A stretch of DNA of 63,728 bases, the filler included, from a bacterium (GTDB lineage: Bacteria > JALSQH01): assembly GCA_026985515.1 (NCBI GenBank). It is 9 parts of 9 records of this genome, joined end to end, with 100 filler letters (N's around TTAATTAATTAA, not from the genome) between each part and the next. Parts side by side here need not be neighbours in the genome. Positions count along the whole stretch, not along the records: positions 38,442 to 47,061 come from JALSQH010000034.1; positions 47,162 to 52,050 come from JALSQH010000035.1; 7 more parts are not named here. The stretch is one strand, 5' to 3'. Shown in pieces: positions 40,407-51,341 of this stretch (position 1 is the first letter of the stretch; each line of letters begins with the position of its first letter). The notes under the pieces were generated by a model, which did no database searches, was not told the DNA's origin, and was given only the letters and a program-made list of their open reading frames with translations. A program made the position numbers and the translations under genes.

Positions 40407-41625
40407 ACCCACATCCAAGCAGTTCGGTAAACAGATCCATATAATTGCTGAGAAGTCTTGTGATCAGAAACTTTTCTCTAACAAGTTCTTTTCCTCTTTT
40501 ACCCATCACCTCTGCCATTTCAGGATTTCTCAGCAATTCAATAATCCTGCTGGCAAATCCTTCTATATCTGTGGGGTCAAGAAGGAAGCCATTATAGCCA
40601 TCTTTAATCTGAAGCGGTATACCTCCCACATTGGAAGCAACCACAGGCTTGCCCTTCCACAGAGCCTCAGTAACCGTCAATCCAAATCCTTCTCTCAGAG
40701 ATTTCTGAATGACCACTGCGGCTCTTCTCTGGAGAGCATTTACAAGGAAATTGTTCTCAATATTTATCAGCACAAGATCTCCAGACTCAATCAACTTTGA
40801 GTATTTTCTTTCTATCCTTCCAAAGATATGCCATCCTTCCGGGTCATCTGTCGCCATGCTCCCGCAGAGAATCAACCTCACATCAAATTCTTCTTTTACA
40901 AGTTTCCAGACCTCAATTACTCCCTCTGGATCCTTCCATTTGTCAAACCTGGAAACCTGAAGTATAAATGGTTTCTTATGAAGGTCAGGGACAAATTTTT
41001 TGAGAAAATTGTCAAACTCCTCTTCCGGGAAATCTCTGTTTTTTACAGACAATGGATCAATGGCGGGATAGAAAACTTTCTGTTCTATGGGTAGTTCTTT
41101 CCTTTTATAATTCTCGTGGGAAACGATCATAACATCATACCTTAATATCAATGGCTTGAGAAAATCACATATTTCTTCATTGGGATTGGAAAGATCCACA
41201 TGACATCTCCACACCCAGGGTTGTCTTTTCTTATAAAACTTTATAAGGGGCAGTGGCTGAGGATCGTGGATAACCACAATATCATGCTGGATGTGAGTGT
41301 AAACGGAAAAATTCTCGTTTGTTTGAAAATAAAGGTCCTTTTTGTGTTCCGTCAGGCGTATTTTGTCACCCTGAAGAGCATTGTGAATCTTTTTGGTTAC
41401 TCCAAAGAAATCCTCATTGGCGTGAAGGATTCTCCAGCCTGCATCAATACCAACATCATTCATAAGAGGCACAAGGGTGGTCAGCATTTCAGCAACTCCA
41501 CCACCCTGAAAAGTGGAGTTAATGTTCAAAATCCTCTTATTGTAAAGTCTCCTTGCCTTTCTGTAAATTTCCGTAATAACAGCATCGTCAACAATACCCC
41601 TGTAATTTTCAAGTGTTATCACCAT
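40405..41625 (-). CDS. treT: Trehalose glycosyltransferring synthase (GT4)
   Basis: NSTFQGGGVAEML, FFGVTKKIHNALQG, IHDPQP, WRCHVD, SRFDKWKD, EGFGLTVTEA. Confidence 0.88.
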   Translation of the reverse strand: MVITLENYRGIVDDAVITEIYRKARRLYNKRILNINSTFQGGGVAEMLTTLVPLMNDVGIDAGWRILHANEDFFGVTKKIHNALQGDKIRLTEHKKDLYFQTNENFSVYTHIQHDIVVIHDPQPLPLIKFYKKRQPWVWRCHVDLSNPNEEICDFLKPLILRYDVMIVSHENYKRKELPIEQKVFYPAIDPLSVKNRDFPEEEFDNFLKKFVPDLHKKPFILQVSRFDKWKDPEGVIEVWKLVKEEFDVRLILCGSMATDDPEGWHIFGRIERKYSKLIESGDLVLINIENNFLVNALQRRAAVVIQKSLREGFGLTVTEALWKGKPVVASNVGGIPLQIKDGYNGFLLDPTDIEGFASRIIELLRNPEMAEVMGKRGKELVREKFLITRLLSNYMDLFTELLGCG

Positions 41626-41626
41626 A

Positions 41627-43810
41627 CTACCTCACTTTTAAAATTTCTCTGAGAAGATCTCTTACACAGGCAGGTTTTTCAACAAAATATTTGGCATGAG
41701 ATGGTTTTATTCCCACCTTTATTGAATAGGCAAAATCAGGCAGAGCTTTAAACACATCTTCGTCAGTTCTGTCATCACCAGCTGCCAGGATAAAATCCCA
41801 TTTCTCCTCAAGCCACCTTCCAAGGGCTGTTCCCTTATTGACACCTGCACTCTTTATTTCAATCACCTTGTGTCCTTCCAGAACAGAAATAGCCTGATTC
41901 GCAATATATGGTTTCAATGCAAATTTTAACTCTGCAACTTTCATTTTACTCTGCTCAGGATCAGCCATCCTGTAATGCCAGGCAAGGGAATAATCCTTCT
42001 CCTCGATAAATGTTCCGGGAGTGGCTATCGTGAATTTCTCGAGCATCTTTCTTATCTCATCTTTCCAGGAAATATCTAGTGGTCCAAATGTTTCCCATTC
42101 GCTTCCTCTTCTTTTTATCCAAACTCCATGTTCTGCCACAAGTGAAATATTGAGATCACCAAACCACTTTTCCAGAAAATCTTTCCCCCTTCCACTTATT
42201 ACAATAACTTCGGAGCCACTGGTTACTGAAAGAGATTTCAAAATCTCAATAATCTCATCGTCAGGGACTGCAAGTTCCGGGCTTTTCTGAAGAGGAATCA
42301 GTGTTCCATCATAATCAAGAACAAAAAGCCTCTTTGAAGAATTTGTGAAATCTTCAATTAACTTTTTAACAACTGCATCTGAAAGTTTCTTTCCCCTCTT
42401 TTCAGCCTGCTCCCTTTTGACCATTAGAAGATGATTTATGAACTCTTCAGCCCATCTGTTCACATCGTAACTTTTCAACCTCTCCTGCATTCTCGAATTC
42501 CTTCTAACAATTTCATCTTCATCAACATTCAGTGCCTCCATAATTGCATCGGCAATTGACTTAACATCATAGGGATTTATTAAAATTGCCTCATTCATTT
42601 CTTTGGCGGCCCCCGCCATCTCACTCAGGATCAAAACCCCCGGCTCCTTCTGTTTTACAGCAATGTATTCTTTGGCAACAAGATTCATTCCGTCCCTCAA
42701 TGGAGTAACAAGAGCAATATCAGCTGAAAGGTAGTAACCGGCCAGCGTATCCTTATCAAAAGAATGATAATAAAACAATATAGGGGTCCAGTTTCTTGTT
42801 GCAAAGGCACCATTTATTTTGCCGACAAGTCCATCCACTTCTCTTTTGATCTCGGCGTAAAATTCCACATCTTCCCGGGAAGGCACTACAATCAGGATAT
42901 AGACAATTTTTTCACGATATTCTGGATGATCCCTCAGAAACAGTTCAAATCCCCTGAGTCTGTTTACAATCCCCTTTGTGTAATCAAGACGATCAACAGA
43001 CAGCATTATTTTCATTCCAGGATACTGGGATCTGAGTTCGTTTACTATGTTCCTGACATTTTCTTTTTTTCCCTTAGATGACCATTTTTCATAATCTATA
43101 CTGATCGGAAAAGCTTCCACTTTAATCGATCTGCCATCCACTATATAGAAGAGCTCATTTTCCATACCAAGAATTTTAAGAACGCTATTTAAGAAGTAGT
43201 TTCCATACTCATATGTGTGGAAGCCAATCAGGTCAGACCCGATCAATCCCTCAAGGATCTCTTTCCTCCAGGGAATAATTCTGAACATCTCATACGCTGG
43301 AAATGGAATGTGGAGAAAAAAACCTATTGTTGCATCCCTGAATTTCTCTCTTATCATACCGGGGACAAGCATTAAATGATAGTCATGAATCCACAGGATA
43401 TCATTTTCATCCAGTATCCTTTCGATAACCTCTGCATATTTCCTGTTAACATCAACATAGTTTTTCCAGTGTTCATGGTTGAATTCCGTATACTGAGGAA
43501 AATAGTGAAAAAGTGGCCATATCACCTTGTTGCTGAAACCCTGATAAAACCCCTCAATATTTTTTCTGGAAAGAAGGACAGGATAGCAATTATCACTGTT
43601 GAGCCGGTGAACCACCTCTACTATATCATCATTGGTCAACTCCTCAGAGGCAATTCCTGGCCAGCCAACCCACAGAGTCTCATATCTGGAACTCAGAGAG
43701 CTAAGGGCAGTGGCAAGACCACCCGAACTTTTGTGGAAAAGGAGCTTTTTCCCGCTCTTCTTTACAGTGTATTTGGAACGATTGGATACAATTATTAATC
43801 TCTGACTCAC
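41627..43810 (-). CDS. Bifunctional trehalose-6-P synthase/phosphatase (TPSP)
   Basis: [37 protein letters not shown], then HAD motifs DYDGTL and GDDRTDED. Confidence 0.95.
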   Translation of the reverse strand: MSQRLIIVSNRSKYTVKKSGKKLLFHKSSGGLATALSSLSSRYETLWVGWPGIASEELTNDDIVEVVHRLNSDNCYPVLLSRKNIEGFYQGFSNKVIWPLFHYFPQYTEFNHEHWKNYVDVNRKYAEVIERILDENDILWIHDYHLMLVPGMIREKFRDATIGFFLHIPFPAYEMFRIIPWRKEILEGLIGSDLIGFHTYEYGNYFLNSVLKILGMENELFYIVDGRSIKVEAFPISIDYEKWSSKGKKENVRNIVNELRSQYPGMKIMLSVDRLDYTKGIVNRLRGFELFLRDHPEYREKIVYILIVVPSREDVEFYAEIKREVDGLVGKINGAFATRNWTPILFYYHSFDKDTLAGYYLSADIALVTPLRDGMNLVAKEYIAVKQKEPGVLILSEMAGAAKEMNEAILINPYDVKSIADAIMEALNVDEDEIVRRNSRMQERLKSYDVNRWAEEFINHLLMVKREQAEKRGKKLSDAVVKKLIEDFTNSSKRLFVLDYDGTLIPLQKSPELAVPDDEIIEILKSLSVTSGSEVIVISGRGKDFLEKWFGDLNISLVAEHGVWIKRRGSEWETFGPLDISWKDEIRKMLEKFTIATPGTFIEEKDYSLAWHYRMADPEQSKMKVAELKFALKPYIANQAISVLEGHKVIEIKSAGVNKGTALGRWLEEKWDFILAAGDDRTDEDVFKALPDFAYSIKVGIKPSHAKYFVEKPACVRDLLREILKVR

Positions 43811-43872
43811 CTTTGCCCGCCCTGAAAAGAGTGCTCAATTTAATAATAACTCTTTTTCGCCACATTATCAAA

Positions 43873-44565
43873 CTAAATTGAATCTAACAACTTGTTAATT
43901 CTTACAGCAAGATCAAGTTCAAACAGTGCCACAGTGGGCAACAACCAAGATATCCAGTATCTTGGTTTACCGCTCTTATTTTCACCAAAGTATGCAATAG
44001 CAAGTCTGCCAAACCCAGCTTCTTTCTCAATCTTTTTTGCTTCTTTCAGAAAATTACGGATAGAAGAAGGAAGTTCTTCAAAACTATAAGGTTTCCCTTC
44101 ATCCCCATCTTTTTTGATCAGTTCAACAGCTGTTCCAATGTTTTTCAGGGACTCAATTATGTTGATCAATTTGTTTTTTTTCAGAAAAGCCATAAGCAAG
44201 GTACCAGCAGGCAACCAGAAAATCTCAACATTCTCATCACCTTCCCTCAACTCTCCCTGAAAATATGCCGTTCCATTAACCATTTCAATATGTGCAAATA
44301 TTTTTTTGGCTGCCGGCATTTCTTTCAAAATTCTTTTAACCTCATACTCCACCCCCTCAACATTATATTTTTCACCCTCTTTTCTTGAATCAATTTCTGC
44401 AGTGAAAAATGTATCAACACCATTTTTCCTGCCCTCTATTAGGTCGAGGCCCCATCGTTTGAGAGATTTGAACTTAAATTCTCTCTCCCTTTCAGGCTGC
44501 CCGAGAGTTTCAAAGACGAGAGTATTTACAGCCTGGTACTCTTTCAGATCAGCTATCTTTGACAT
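43873..44565 (-). CDS. Conserved hypothetical protein
   Basis: 230-aa ORF with GGAGGT SD; resembles, from memory only, a Thermococcales hypothetical family. Confidence 0.75.
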   Translation of the reverse strand: MSKIADLKEYQAVNTLVFETLGQPEREREFKFKSLKRWGLDLIEGRKNGVDTFFTAEIDSRKEGEKYNVEGVEYEVKRILKEMPAAKKIFAHIEMVNGTAYFQGELREGDENVEIFWLPAGTLLMAFLKKNKLINIIESLKNIGTAVELIKKDGDEGKPYSFEELPSSIRNFLKEAKKIEKEAGFGRLAIAYFGENKSGKPRYWISWLLPTVALFELDLAVRINKLLDSI

Positions 44566-44642
44566 CTCTTACCTCCACAATTTTCTTTTGATTTTATCAC
44601 CATTTTAATTATTTCTCAAAATTTGTTAAAATAGTTTCTCTG

Positions 44643-45395
44643 ATGAATGGGAATGATCTGTTGAGAAAAGCAGCAGAAATCCTTGTTAACTCCAGACACA
44701 CAACCGTCTTTACCGGAGCAGGTATTTCTGTTGAAAGTGGGATCCCGCCCTTTCGTGGTCCTGATGGACTCTGGTCAAAATATGACCCCATATTTCTGGA
44801 CATTGACTACTTTTACAGGAATCCTGAAAAATCGTGGAAACTAATTAAAGAAATCTTTTACGATTTTATGGGAAAGGCACAACCCAATCCTGCCCATTAC
44901 GCTGTGGCTGAACTTGAAAAAATGGGAATAGTAAAAGCGGTAATAACACAGAACATTGATAATCTTCATCAGGAGGCAGGATCAAAAATTGTTTATGAAT
45001 TTCACGGAACAACCCGTTTTCTCACATGTATGAGGTGCGGAAAAAAATGGGAGTACACTCCGGAACTTCTGGAGAAAATTCCTCCAGTGTGTCCAGATTG
45101 CGGAGGTATCCTTAAACCAGATTTTGTCTTCTTTGGTGAACCCATACCTGAACCCGCCCATTCAGCTTCATTGAGAGAGGCAGAAATTGCCGATGTGTTT
45201 CTTGTGATAGGGACAACGGGTGAAATTTATCCGGCAGCAATGATTCCAAAAATTGCGAAAAAGAATGGAGCCCAGATAATTGAAGTCAATGTTTCACCTT
45301 CATCTTACACATATGAAATAACAGATATTTTTCTTCAGGGAAAAGCTGGAGAAATTTTACCGGCACTTGTAGAAGAGGTGAAAAAATTAAAGTGA
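44643..45395 (+). CDS. cobB: NAD-dependent deacylase (sirtuin)
   Basis: TGAGISVESGIP, TQNID, HG, CxxC/CxxC, FFGE, GT. Confidence 0.95.
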   Translation: MNGNDLLRKAAEILVNSRHTTVFTGAGISVESGIPPFRGPDGLWSKYDPIFLDIDYFYRNPEKSWKLIKEIFYDFMGKAQPNPAHYAVAELEKMGIVKAVITQNIDNLHQEAGSKIVYEFHGTTRFLTCMRCGKKWEYTPELLEKIPPVCPDCGGILKPDFVFFGEPIPEPAHSASLREAEIADVFLVIGTTGEIYPAAMIPKIAKKNGAQIIEVNVSPSSYTYEITDIFLQGKAGEILPALVEEVKKLK

Positions 45396-46327
45396 AAAAC
45401 GCAATTCACCTACCCATAGATGTACTTCCATTACATGACAGAATCAATCTTCGGCAAAATTACCTCAGAGCAGTTATTGATGGGAGAGAGGAAAAACTTG
45501 GGGACCCTTTCATTCCCGTTCTGAGAAGCAAAGGATTTAATCTGATAAATATCGAAGTCCCTTCATACCTGACACCATATCCTGAAGAAGAAGATCTTCC
45601 ACTCATAACTTTTGAAAATTATCTCTCTTTTTTTCGTGAAAATGGGTTTTACCACCTTGTGACAGAAATAAAAAAAACAATTCATAAACTGAAAGACCCC
45701 TTTATCATCGTGTCTCCCGACCATTCAGTAACTTATGGTGCCATTGAATCCCTGAAAGATATGGGCATATCACCACTCATCATTATTTTTGACGCTCATC
45801 TTGATGTTGTTTCTCCAGATCTTCCTCAGGATAATCTGAACGCGGGGAATTTTGTAAAATTCATTTATGAAAGTGATCACAGGGGAATTATTGTTGCAGG
45901 CACAGTTGACGACCCGGAAATCAACACAGAGATTTATGATTCTATCCCCCATGTCATAAGAGAAGAATATCCACGATGGAAGAAGAGATTGAAAGTCATT
46001 GATTATACAAGATTTAATGACTATGAGAAAATTTTTAGAGAAGTCATCAGCCAGTGGGAGGGAGAAGAAATCTACCTCTCAATTGATATAGATGTAGCTT
46101 CGGGGGAAGATCTGTGGGGGGTAAGATTCTTTGAAGGACGGGGTATCTCACCTGAAGGTCTCCTTGAATCCCTCAGGTCAATCAAAAACATGATCGAAAA
46201 AATGGATAAGAAAATAGTGGGAATGGATTTCACAGAATGGGATCCCCTTCTCATGGCAATTCCGGTAAGGGGGAAAAAGGATAAGACACTACCACTTTTT
46301 GAGGAAATAATCAACCTGTTTTTCTGA
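45392..46327 (+). CDS. Arginase/ureohydrolase-fold protein
   Basis: PDHS, FDAHLD, YLSIDID, DFTE. Confidence 0.78.
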   Translation: MKNAIHLPIDVLPLHDRINLRQNYLRAVIDGREEKLGDPFIPVLRSKGFNLINIEVPSYLTPYPEEEDLPLITFENYLSFFRENGFYHLVTEIKKTIHKLKDPFIIVSPDHSVTYGAIESLKDMGISPLIIIFDAHLDVVSPDLPQDNLNAGNFVKFIYESDHRGIIVAGTVDDPEINTEIYDSIPHVIREEYPRWKKRLKVIDYTRFNDYEKIFREVISQWEGEEIYLSIDIDVASGEDLWGVRFFEGRGISPEGLLESLRSIKNMIEKMDKKIVGMDFTEWDPLLMAIPVRGKKDKTLPLFEEIINLFF

Positions 46328-46436
46328 AGAGCCAAAGATAACAACTCGTGCCACTTCATCAGAAGTATTACAGATTCTCTTATTCAGGGTCCGCATGATA
46401 AATATACAGTGATGCAAAAATAAAAGTTTTTTAAAT

Positions 46437-46467
46437 AAAAAAAGGGGGGTCAATCCCCCCTTTTTTT
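46437..46467. terminator. Bidirectional terminator
   Basis: A7-G6-TCAAT-C6-T7 between convergent genes. Confidence 0.85.
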
Positions 46468-47061
46468 AATTCCTCAATGGCTTATTATACATGAGCATGT
46501 GCTGCAATCTCTCCTGGGTCTTCTGTTCACCACAGAGACTCACGAAGGCCTCTCTTTCAAGATCCAGGAGATACTGCTCAGAAACCTTTGTTCCAGGCAG
46601 AACATCTCCACCGCTGATAACGAAGGCGATCTTCTTGGCCATGTAAGCTTCATACTCTGTTATGTAACCACTGTAGAGGAAGTTCTTGATTCCCAGAGAT
46701 ATTGTGGCGATTCCCTCTCTACCAGGAACAACGATCTCATCCAGTGGTCTGCGAGGCTTGAATCCTTCCTTAATCATCGCAAGAACAGTCTGTTTTGCAT
46801 CGTAAATAAGGCTGTCTCTGTTAAGTGTAATATTATCAGTTGACCTCAGATATCCAAGTCTTACTGCATCCTTTGCACCCATGGATACCTTGGCCTGGCT
46901 TACAAGTCCAAATGCGTGAATTGCAGCCTGAAGGGCATGCTGTGTCAGTTTGAGATTATCATCAATGTGGGGTTCCCCGAATGCCCTCAGGTAAACTTCC
47001 TTATTTCCTCCTCCACCTGGTAGCAGCCCAACACCGACCTCAACGAGACCCATGTAGAGGA
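46466..47061 (-). CDS. fadN: FadN-type protein, C-terminal part
   Basis: YMGLVEVGVGLLPGGGG, LLDLEREAF, HML..KPLRN. Confidence 0.88.
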
Positions 47062-47161
47062 NNNNNNNNNNNNNNNNNNNNNNNNNNNNNNNNNNNNNNN
47101 NNNNNTTAATTAATTAANNNNNNNNNNNNNNNNNNNNNNNNNNNNNNNNNNNNNNNNNNNN

Positions 47162-48726
47162 CAGAGCAGTTCAACACCCGCATTAAATGGTACAAGAACA
47201 CCCCATTGATCCGCCCAGAACTCTCCTTTACCATCAAGATCGACATCGCTGCTGAGACCAAGTTCAATCTGAAGTACATCGGTCCCTGGTCTCAGTGGAT
47301 TATCAAAGTGGAGTCCACTGAGAGTTGAAGAAAGATCGAGGAGACTTGTTGGACCGAAGTAATAACCGGGTGCAGGTTTCTCTTCACTCTCAAACTTATC
47401 TTCCATATAAGCTCTGATTTCAGCTTCCAGGAATGGGATAATTTCAGTCAACCTTACAGAAATCTTGTAGGTGGAATCATCTATGTAGGAATTCGTTGCT
47501 CCACCATTATCCTCTATTGTGGCAGATGTACCAAGCCATGGATAACCGGTGGGCATATCGGCTGGGTCATCAACACAGTTGTATTCATTGTCTGTGGTTG
47601 GATGATAATTGACTGTACCATCAGCTCTCTTGTAAGCCCACACTCCAAATCCATCTTCATGGGGTGTACTGGATGTACAATATGGACCATCATTCAGAAC
47701 AAGCTGAATATTTGTATCAAGACTGAGTTCAGTCAGCTCAAAACCAAGAGCAACAACTCTTGGATATACTTCGTCATTATAGGTTGAAAGGACCCTTAAT
47801 CCGAGAGAGATCTTCAAGGTAGGAATAATTAACTTACCATATGCCTTGAGATAATTGCTGAGATCAGTGGCTGGATCTGAAACTGCATCATCGTACCAGT
47901 CTTTTACCATTGTATCTGTAGTAACCTGATCAGCATGGGGTGGTTCAAAAAATGCATCAAGGACAAAATCATTCAATACGATCTGAACATCAAGGGCGTC
48001 ATCATCAGACCTTGGATTATCATCAGCAAAACCCATTGAGCTGGAAGGAATTCCAGAAACTTCTCTGTCAGATCTTACATCAGGAAAGATTTTGAAATAT
48101 GAGGTATTTGGATCATAATCAACAATCAGGCCTGCAGGATCACCGGGAGCATCAACATCATAGAGATACATATTGATACAGACTGTACCTACAAGAGGTA
48201 TGCTCATACAGGTGTTGCTGAGCATAGGTTTCATTTCCCACCCATTAGGAACTCCGTCACCATTGTAATCGGCATTTACATGTCTGAAGGTGTCTGTGTC
48301 AAAATCCACATGAGTGGAAGTATCTGCATCAGTAAATCTCTTTATCATCAAATCAAGGTAATTTCTGAAGTATGGAACTGTTCCATATTTTCCACCTGAA
48401 CCGCTTTTCAGCAATGAATTCACAACCCTCTGCAGGAATCCAAACATTGAATCAGGTGGCTGATTATCCGCATCAAGAGAACCCGTAAGCCTGAGTGCAA
48501 GGATCATATTCTGAGGAAATGTTGCAAACTGATTATTGGAACCAGCAGAGTAACTCCATCCAGGAGCAGCCCCTGTCACCATTACAGGGAAATCATAAAG
48601 ATCAATGAGGTCTGCCCTGGTGATGTTGTGAAACCTTGATCCGATACTCACATACGCTGACAATGCCGATGTGATAAATGGTACTATCAGCATACTGAGT
48701 AAAAATGTTTTAAACCATCGCTTCAT
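47162..48726 (-). CDS. Large secreted acidic protein, C-truncated
   Basis: Signal peptide MKRWFKTFLL..., DYNGDG and DLDGKG Ca-binding-like motifs; GGAGGT SD. Confidence 0.75.
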
Positions 48727-48885
48727 ATGCCTACCTCCCTTTAAAAATTCTTGAGTTGAAACTAGTCCCCTCTTTTTTCCAGGATCCCCCCTGATACGTT
48801 CTTTCGAAAAACATTCCTTCATTGCGTAACTCCCTGTTTTTATTTATTATTTCACCGCTTCTATACCTTTTCCTCATACACCATA

Positions 48886-48915
48886 ATTATAGAACAAAAA
48901 AATTAACCATGTCAA
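48886..48915 (-). promoter_or_regulatory. Consensus sigma70 promoter
   Basis: TTGACA-18-TATAAT. Confidence 0.7.
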
Positions 48916-48934
48916 GGGGGGGTATTTATTTTTC

Positions 48935-49273
48935 TTAACTGTGTCTGTACTTGATTACATGGACTTTTTCCAGAGTTATCAATCCCTCCTCCACAACCTC
49001 ATCAAGAAAGGGGAGGAGTTTCTGTATCTTTTCCTCTGTATCCACTATTTCAATTACGATTGGGAGGTCCTCAGACAATCTCAGAGTTTTTGCAGAATGC
49101 AATCTGCTATCAGCACCAAAACCAAGAATTCCTCTTGTTACTGTGGCACCTGCCAGACATAACTCTCTGGCTTTAAGAACTATTGCTTCATAAAGGGGCT
49201 TACCCCTGTATTTATCATTTTCTCCAATAAAAATCCGAAGCAATACACCTTCTTCTGGAAGTTTTATACTCAT
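48935..49273 (-). CDS. DUF190 (PII-like) protein
   Basis: LLRIFIGE.D, LAGATVTRGILGFG, LSEDLPIVIEIVD; downstream of crcB. Confidence 0.9.
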   Translation of the reverse strand: MSIKLPEEGVLLRIFIGENDKYRGKPLYEAIVLKARELCLAGATVTRGILGFGADSRLHSAKTLRLSEDLPIVIEIVDTEEKIQKLLPFLDEVVEEGLITLEKVHVIKYRHS

Positions 49274-49286
49274 AATCTTCTCCAGT

Positions 49287-49664
49287 TCACTTACTGAAAA
49301 TATAGTGAATTATCATCAAACCTGCAAATGTTGCGAAAAATGCTCCAAAATTATTAAGTAAAAAATTGAAGAGGGCTGAGTAATATTCACCCTCCCTTAT
49401 TAAATTTATTGTTTCAAGACTGTAACTTGAAAAAGTTGTAAATGCACCCAGGAATCCTATGAAAATAAAAGCTCTTAAATCCGGCAAAACTGCAAATCTC
49501 TCTGTAAAACCCCACGCCACTCCTATTAAAAAAGAGCCGATGATATTAACTGAAAATGTTCCCCAGGGGAAAAGAGAGCCGCTTAAATTCTGGAAAAACC
49601 CTGCTACTCCGAAACGGGAGAGGGCTCCTGCCATTCCACCAAGAAGAATCCATAAAATTTCCAC
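49287..49664 (-). CDS. crcB: Fluoride channel Fluc
   Basis: GALSR, FPWGTFSVN, GFLGAFTTFSS. Confidence 0.95.
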   Translation of the reverse strand: MEILWILLGGMAGALSRFGVAGFFQNLSGSLFPWGTFSVNIIGSFLIGVAWGFTERFAVLPDLRAFIFIGFLGAFTTFSSYSLETINLIREGEYYSALFNFLLNNFGAFFATFAGLMIIHYIFSK

Positions 49665-49788
49665 TTGAAACTCCAGAAGTTTTTTTAATTATACGGAGTT
49701 AAAAGTTTTTAACAATTAAATCAATTCTGGGAATAACTATTGATTTTTTTTAAAATTTTTGCTTTAATGTTTTAAAAAAAGGTGCACA

Positions 49789-50391
49789 ATGGGAAGAGGA
49801 CAGAAAGACGAAAAGAGAAAATTTATTATAAAAGTAGCCACGGAGATTTTTGCAAAAAAGGGATATGAGAATACAGACGTGGTAGACATTCTTAAAGCTG
49901 CAAATATTTCAAAATCCACCTTCTATTACTATTTTAAAAGCAAAAGGGATCTTTATGAGATTATGATTCAGGAATTTTTCAATGAAATTATGAAAGTTAT
50001 CTGGAGCACTGAATACAGAACCTTAAAGAACAGAGAGGAAATTGAAAAATATATTGAAAAACTTGTAAACACCTATGCCGATTTTGCAGAAAAATACTCA
50101 TCCATGATAAAAATCATCCTCTCTGAAGCTACAATTGTAAATCCGGAATTTGGTGAGGTCCTCGATAGAAATATTGAAGCACTCCTCCTCACAATTGTTG
50201 ACTTCGTAACAATTTATAAGGAAAAAGGAATTATCAGGAAAGACCTCGATCCCACCCTTTTTTCATATCTGATAGCAGGCTTTGTCAAAGAAGTAATAAA
50301 TCATGTTGTCATTAAGGAAACCTTCACCATTGAAAGAGACCGGGTATTGAAATTTATCTCAATAATTTTTGATTGCATTTTCACTCACTGA
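49789..50391 (+). CDS. TetR/AcrR-family regulator
   Basis: IFAKKGY...ISKSTFYYYFKSK HTH. Confidence 0.92.
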   Translation: MGRGQKDEKRKFIIKVATEIFAKKGYENTDVVDILKAANISKSTFYYYFKSKRDLYEIMIQEFFNEIMKVIWSTEYRTLKNREEIEKYIEKLVNTYADFAEKYSSMIKIILSEATIVNPEFGEVLDRNIEALLLTIVDFVTIYKEKGIIRKDLDPTLFSYLIAGFVKEVINHVVIKETFTIERDRVLKFISIIFDCIFTH

Positions 50392-51341
50392 CTGCAAAAT
50401 TCATTGGATAATTTTTTAACTTCAGAAACAATCTTTTTGAAGATCTCCTCAACACTTAGATCTTCCTTAATCAATCCTGCACTCTGTCCGCACATGACCA
50501 CACCCTTATCCATTTTTCCCCTGTAATAAACTTCCTCAGATTCTGCCATGCTGTTTATTATGCTTTTCACCTTCTCAGGATCCTTTTCTTCCTCCTGGGC
50601 AAGCCTCATGGCCTGAGGAGTTCTGACAACCCTTACAGGGTGGCCTGTGGCTTTCATTCCAATAAGCATGGTACCATTGTCAGGAGTATCTATTACAAGT
50701 CTTTTAACATCTGGATGAAGGGGAGATTCTCTGGAAATCATAAATCTGGTTCCCATCTGTACACCTTCGGCACCAAGTAGCCTCATTGCAAGAAATCCTC
50801 TTCCATCAGCTATGCCTCCCGCCGCGATAACGGGGATTTCAACAGCATCAACAACCTGAGGCACCAGAACGGACACAGGTATCTGGTCAGGGCTATCGTG
50901 ACCACCAGCCTCAATACCCTCAGCCACAACTGCGTCAACACCTGCCTCCTCAGCTTTGATAGCGTGAACAACAGAAGCGACAACATGATAAACGGTTAAA
51001 CCGCGCTCCTTCAATTCGGCTGTATACTTTTTGGGGCTCCCAGCAGAGGTGGCAATTATTTTTACACCCTCCTCAACAGCTATTCTTATCAATTGTTCAG
51101 CATTAGGTTTAAAAATGGGTACATTGACTGCAAATGGCTTGCTGGTTAACTCCTTGACCTTTATTATTTCTTTTCTAACATCCTCTTCATCTAAAAAAGT
51201 TCCCGCTGCAACAACACCCAGACCTCCTGCTTCAGAAACAGCTGCAGCGAGTTCCGCTCTTGAAATAAACAGCATTCCCCCAAGTATGATCGGATATTCG
51301 ATCCCGAATAATTCCGTTATTCTTGTTTTAAAGAGATCCAT
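50385..51341 (-). CDS. FabK/nitronate monooxygenase-family flavoprotein
   Basis: AAAVSEAGGLG, EGIEAGGH, PVIAAGGIADG, GVQMGTRF, CGQSAG. Confidence 0.9.
   Translation of the reverse strand: MDLFKTRITELFGIEYPIILGGMLFISRAELAAAVSEAGGLGVVAAGTFLDEEDVRKEIIKVKELTSKPFAVNVPIFKPNAEQLIRIAVEEGVKIIATSAGSPKKYTAELKERGLTVYHVVASVVHAIKAEEAGVDAVVAEGIEAGGHDSPDQIPVSVLVPQVVDAVEIPVIAAGGIADGRGFLAMRLLGAEGVQMGTRFMISRESPLHPDVKRLVIDTPDNGTMLIGMKATGHPVRVVRTPQAMRLAQEEEKDPEKVKSIINSMAESEEVYYRGKMDKGVVMCGQSAGLIKEDLSVEEIFKKIVSEVKKLSNEFCSQ

Noticed and set aside
46328-46436. Hammerhead-like CTGATGA on the minus strand
   Set aside because: No GAAA core or flanking stems
48727-48880. c-di-GMP-I riboswitch
   Set aside because: Has a GAAA tetraloop but lacks the flanking GCAAA/GACGCAAA elements
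49665-49788. Fluoride riboswitch upstream of crcB
   Set aside because: Region is AT-rich and lacks the GGxGATG...CTxATGA core; only weak palindromes (49698-49713, 49718-49746) are present
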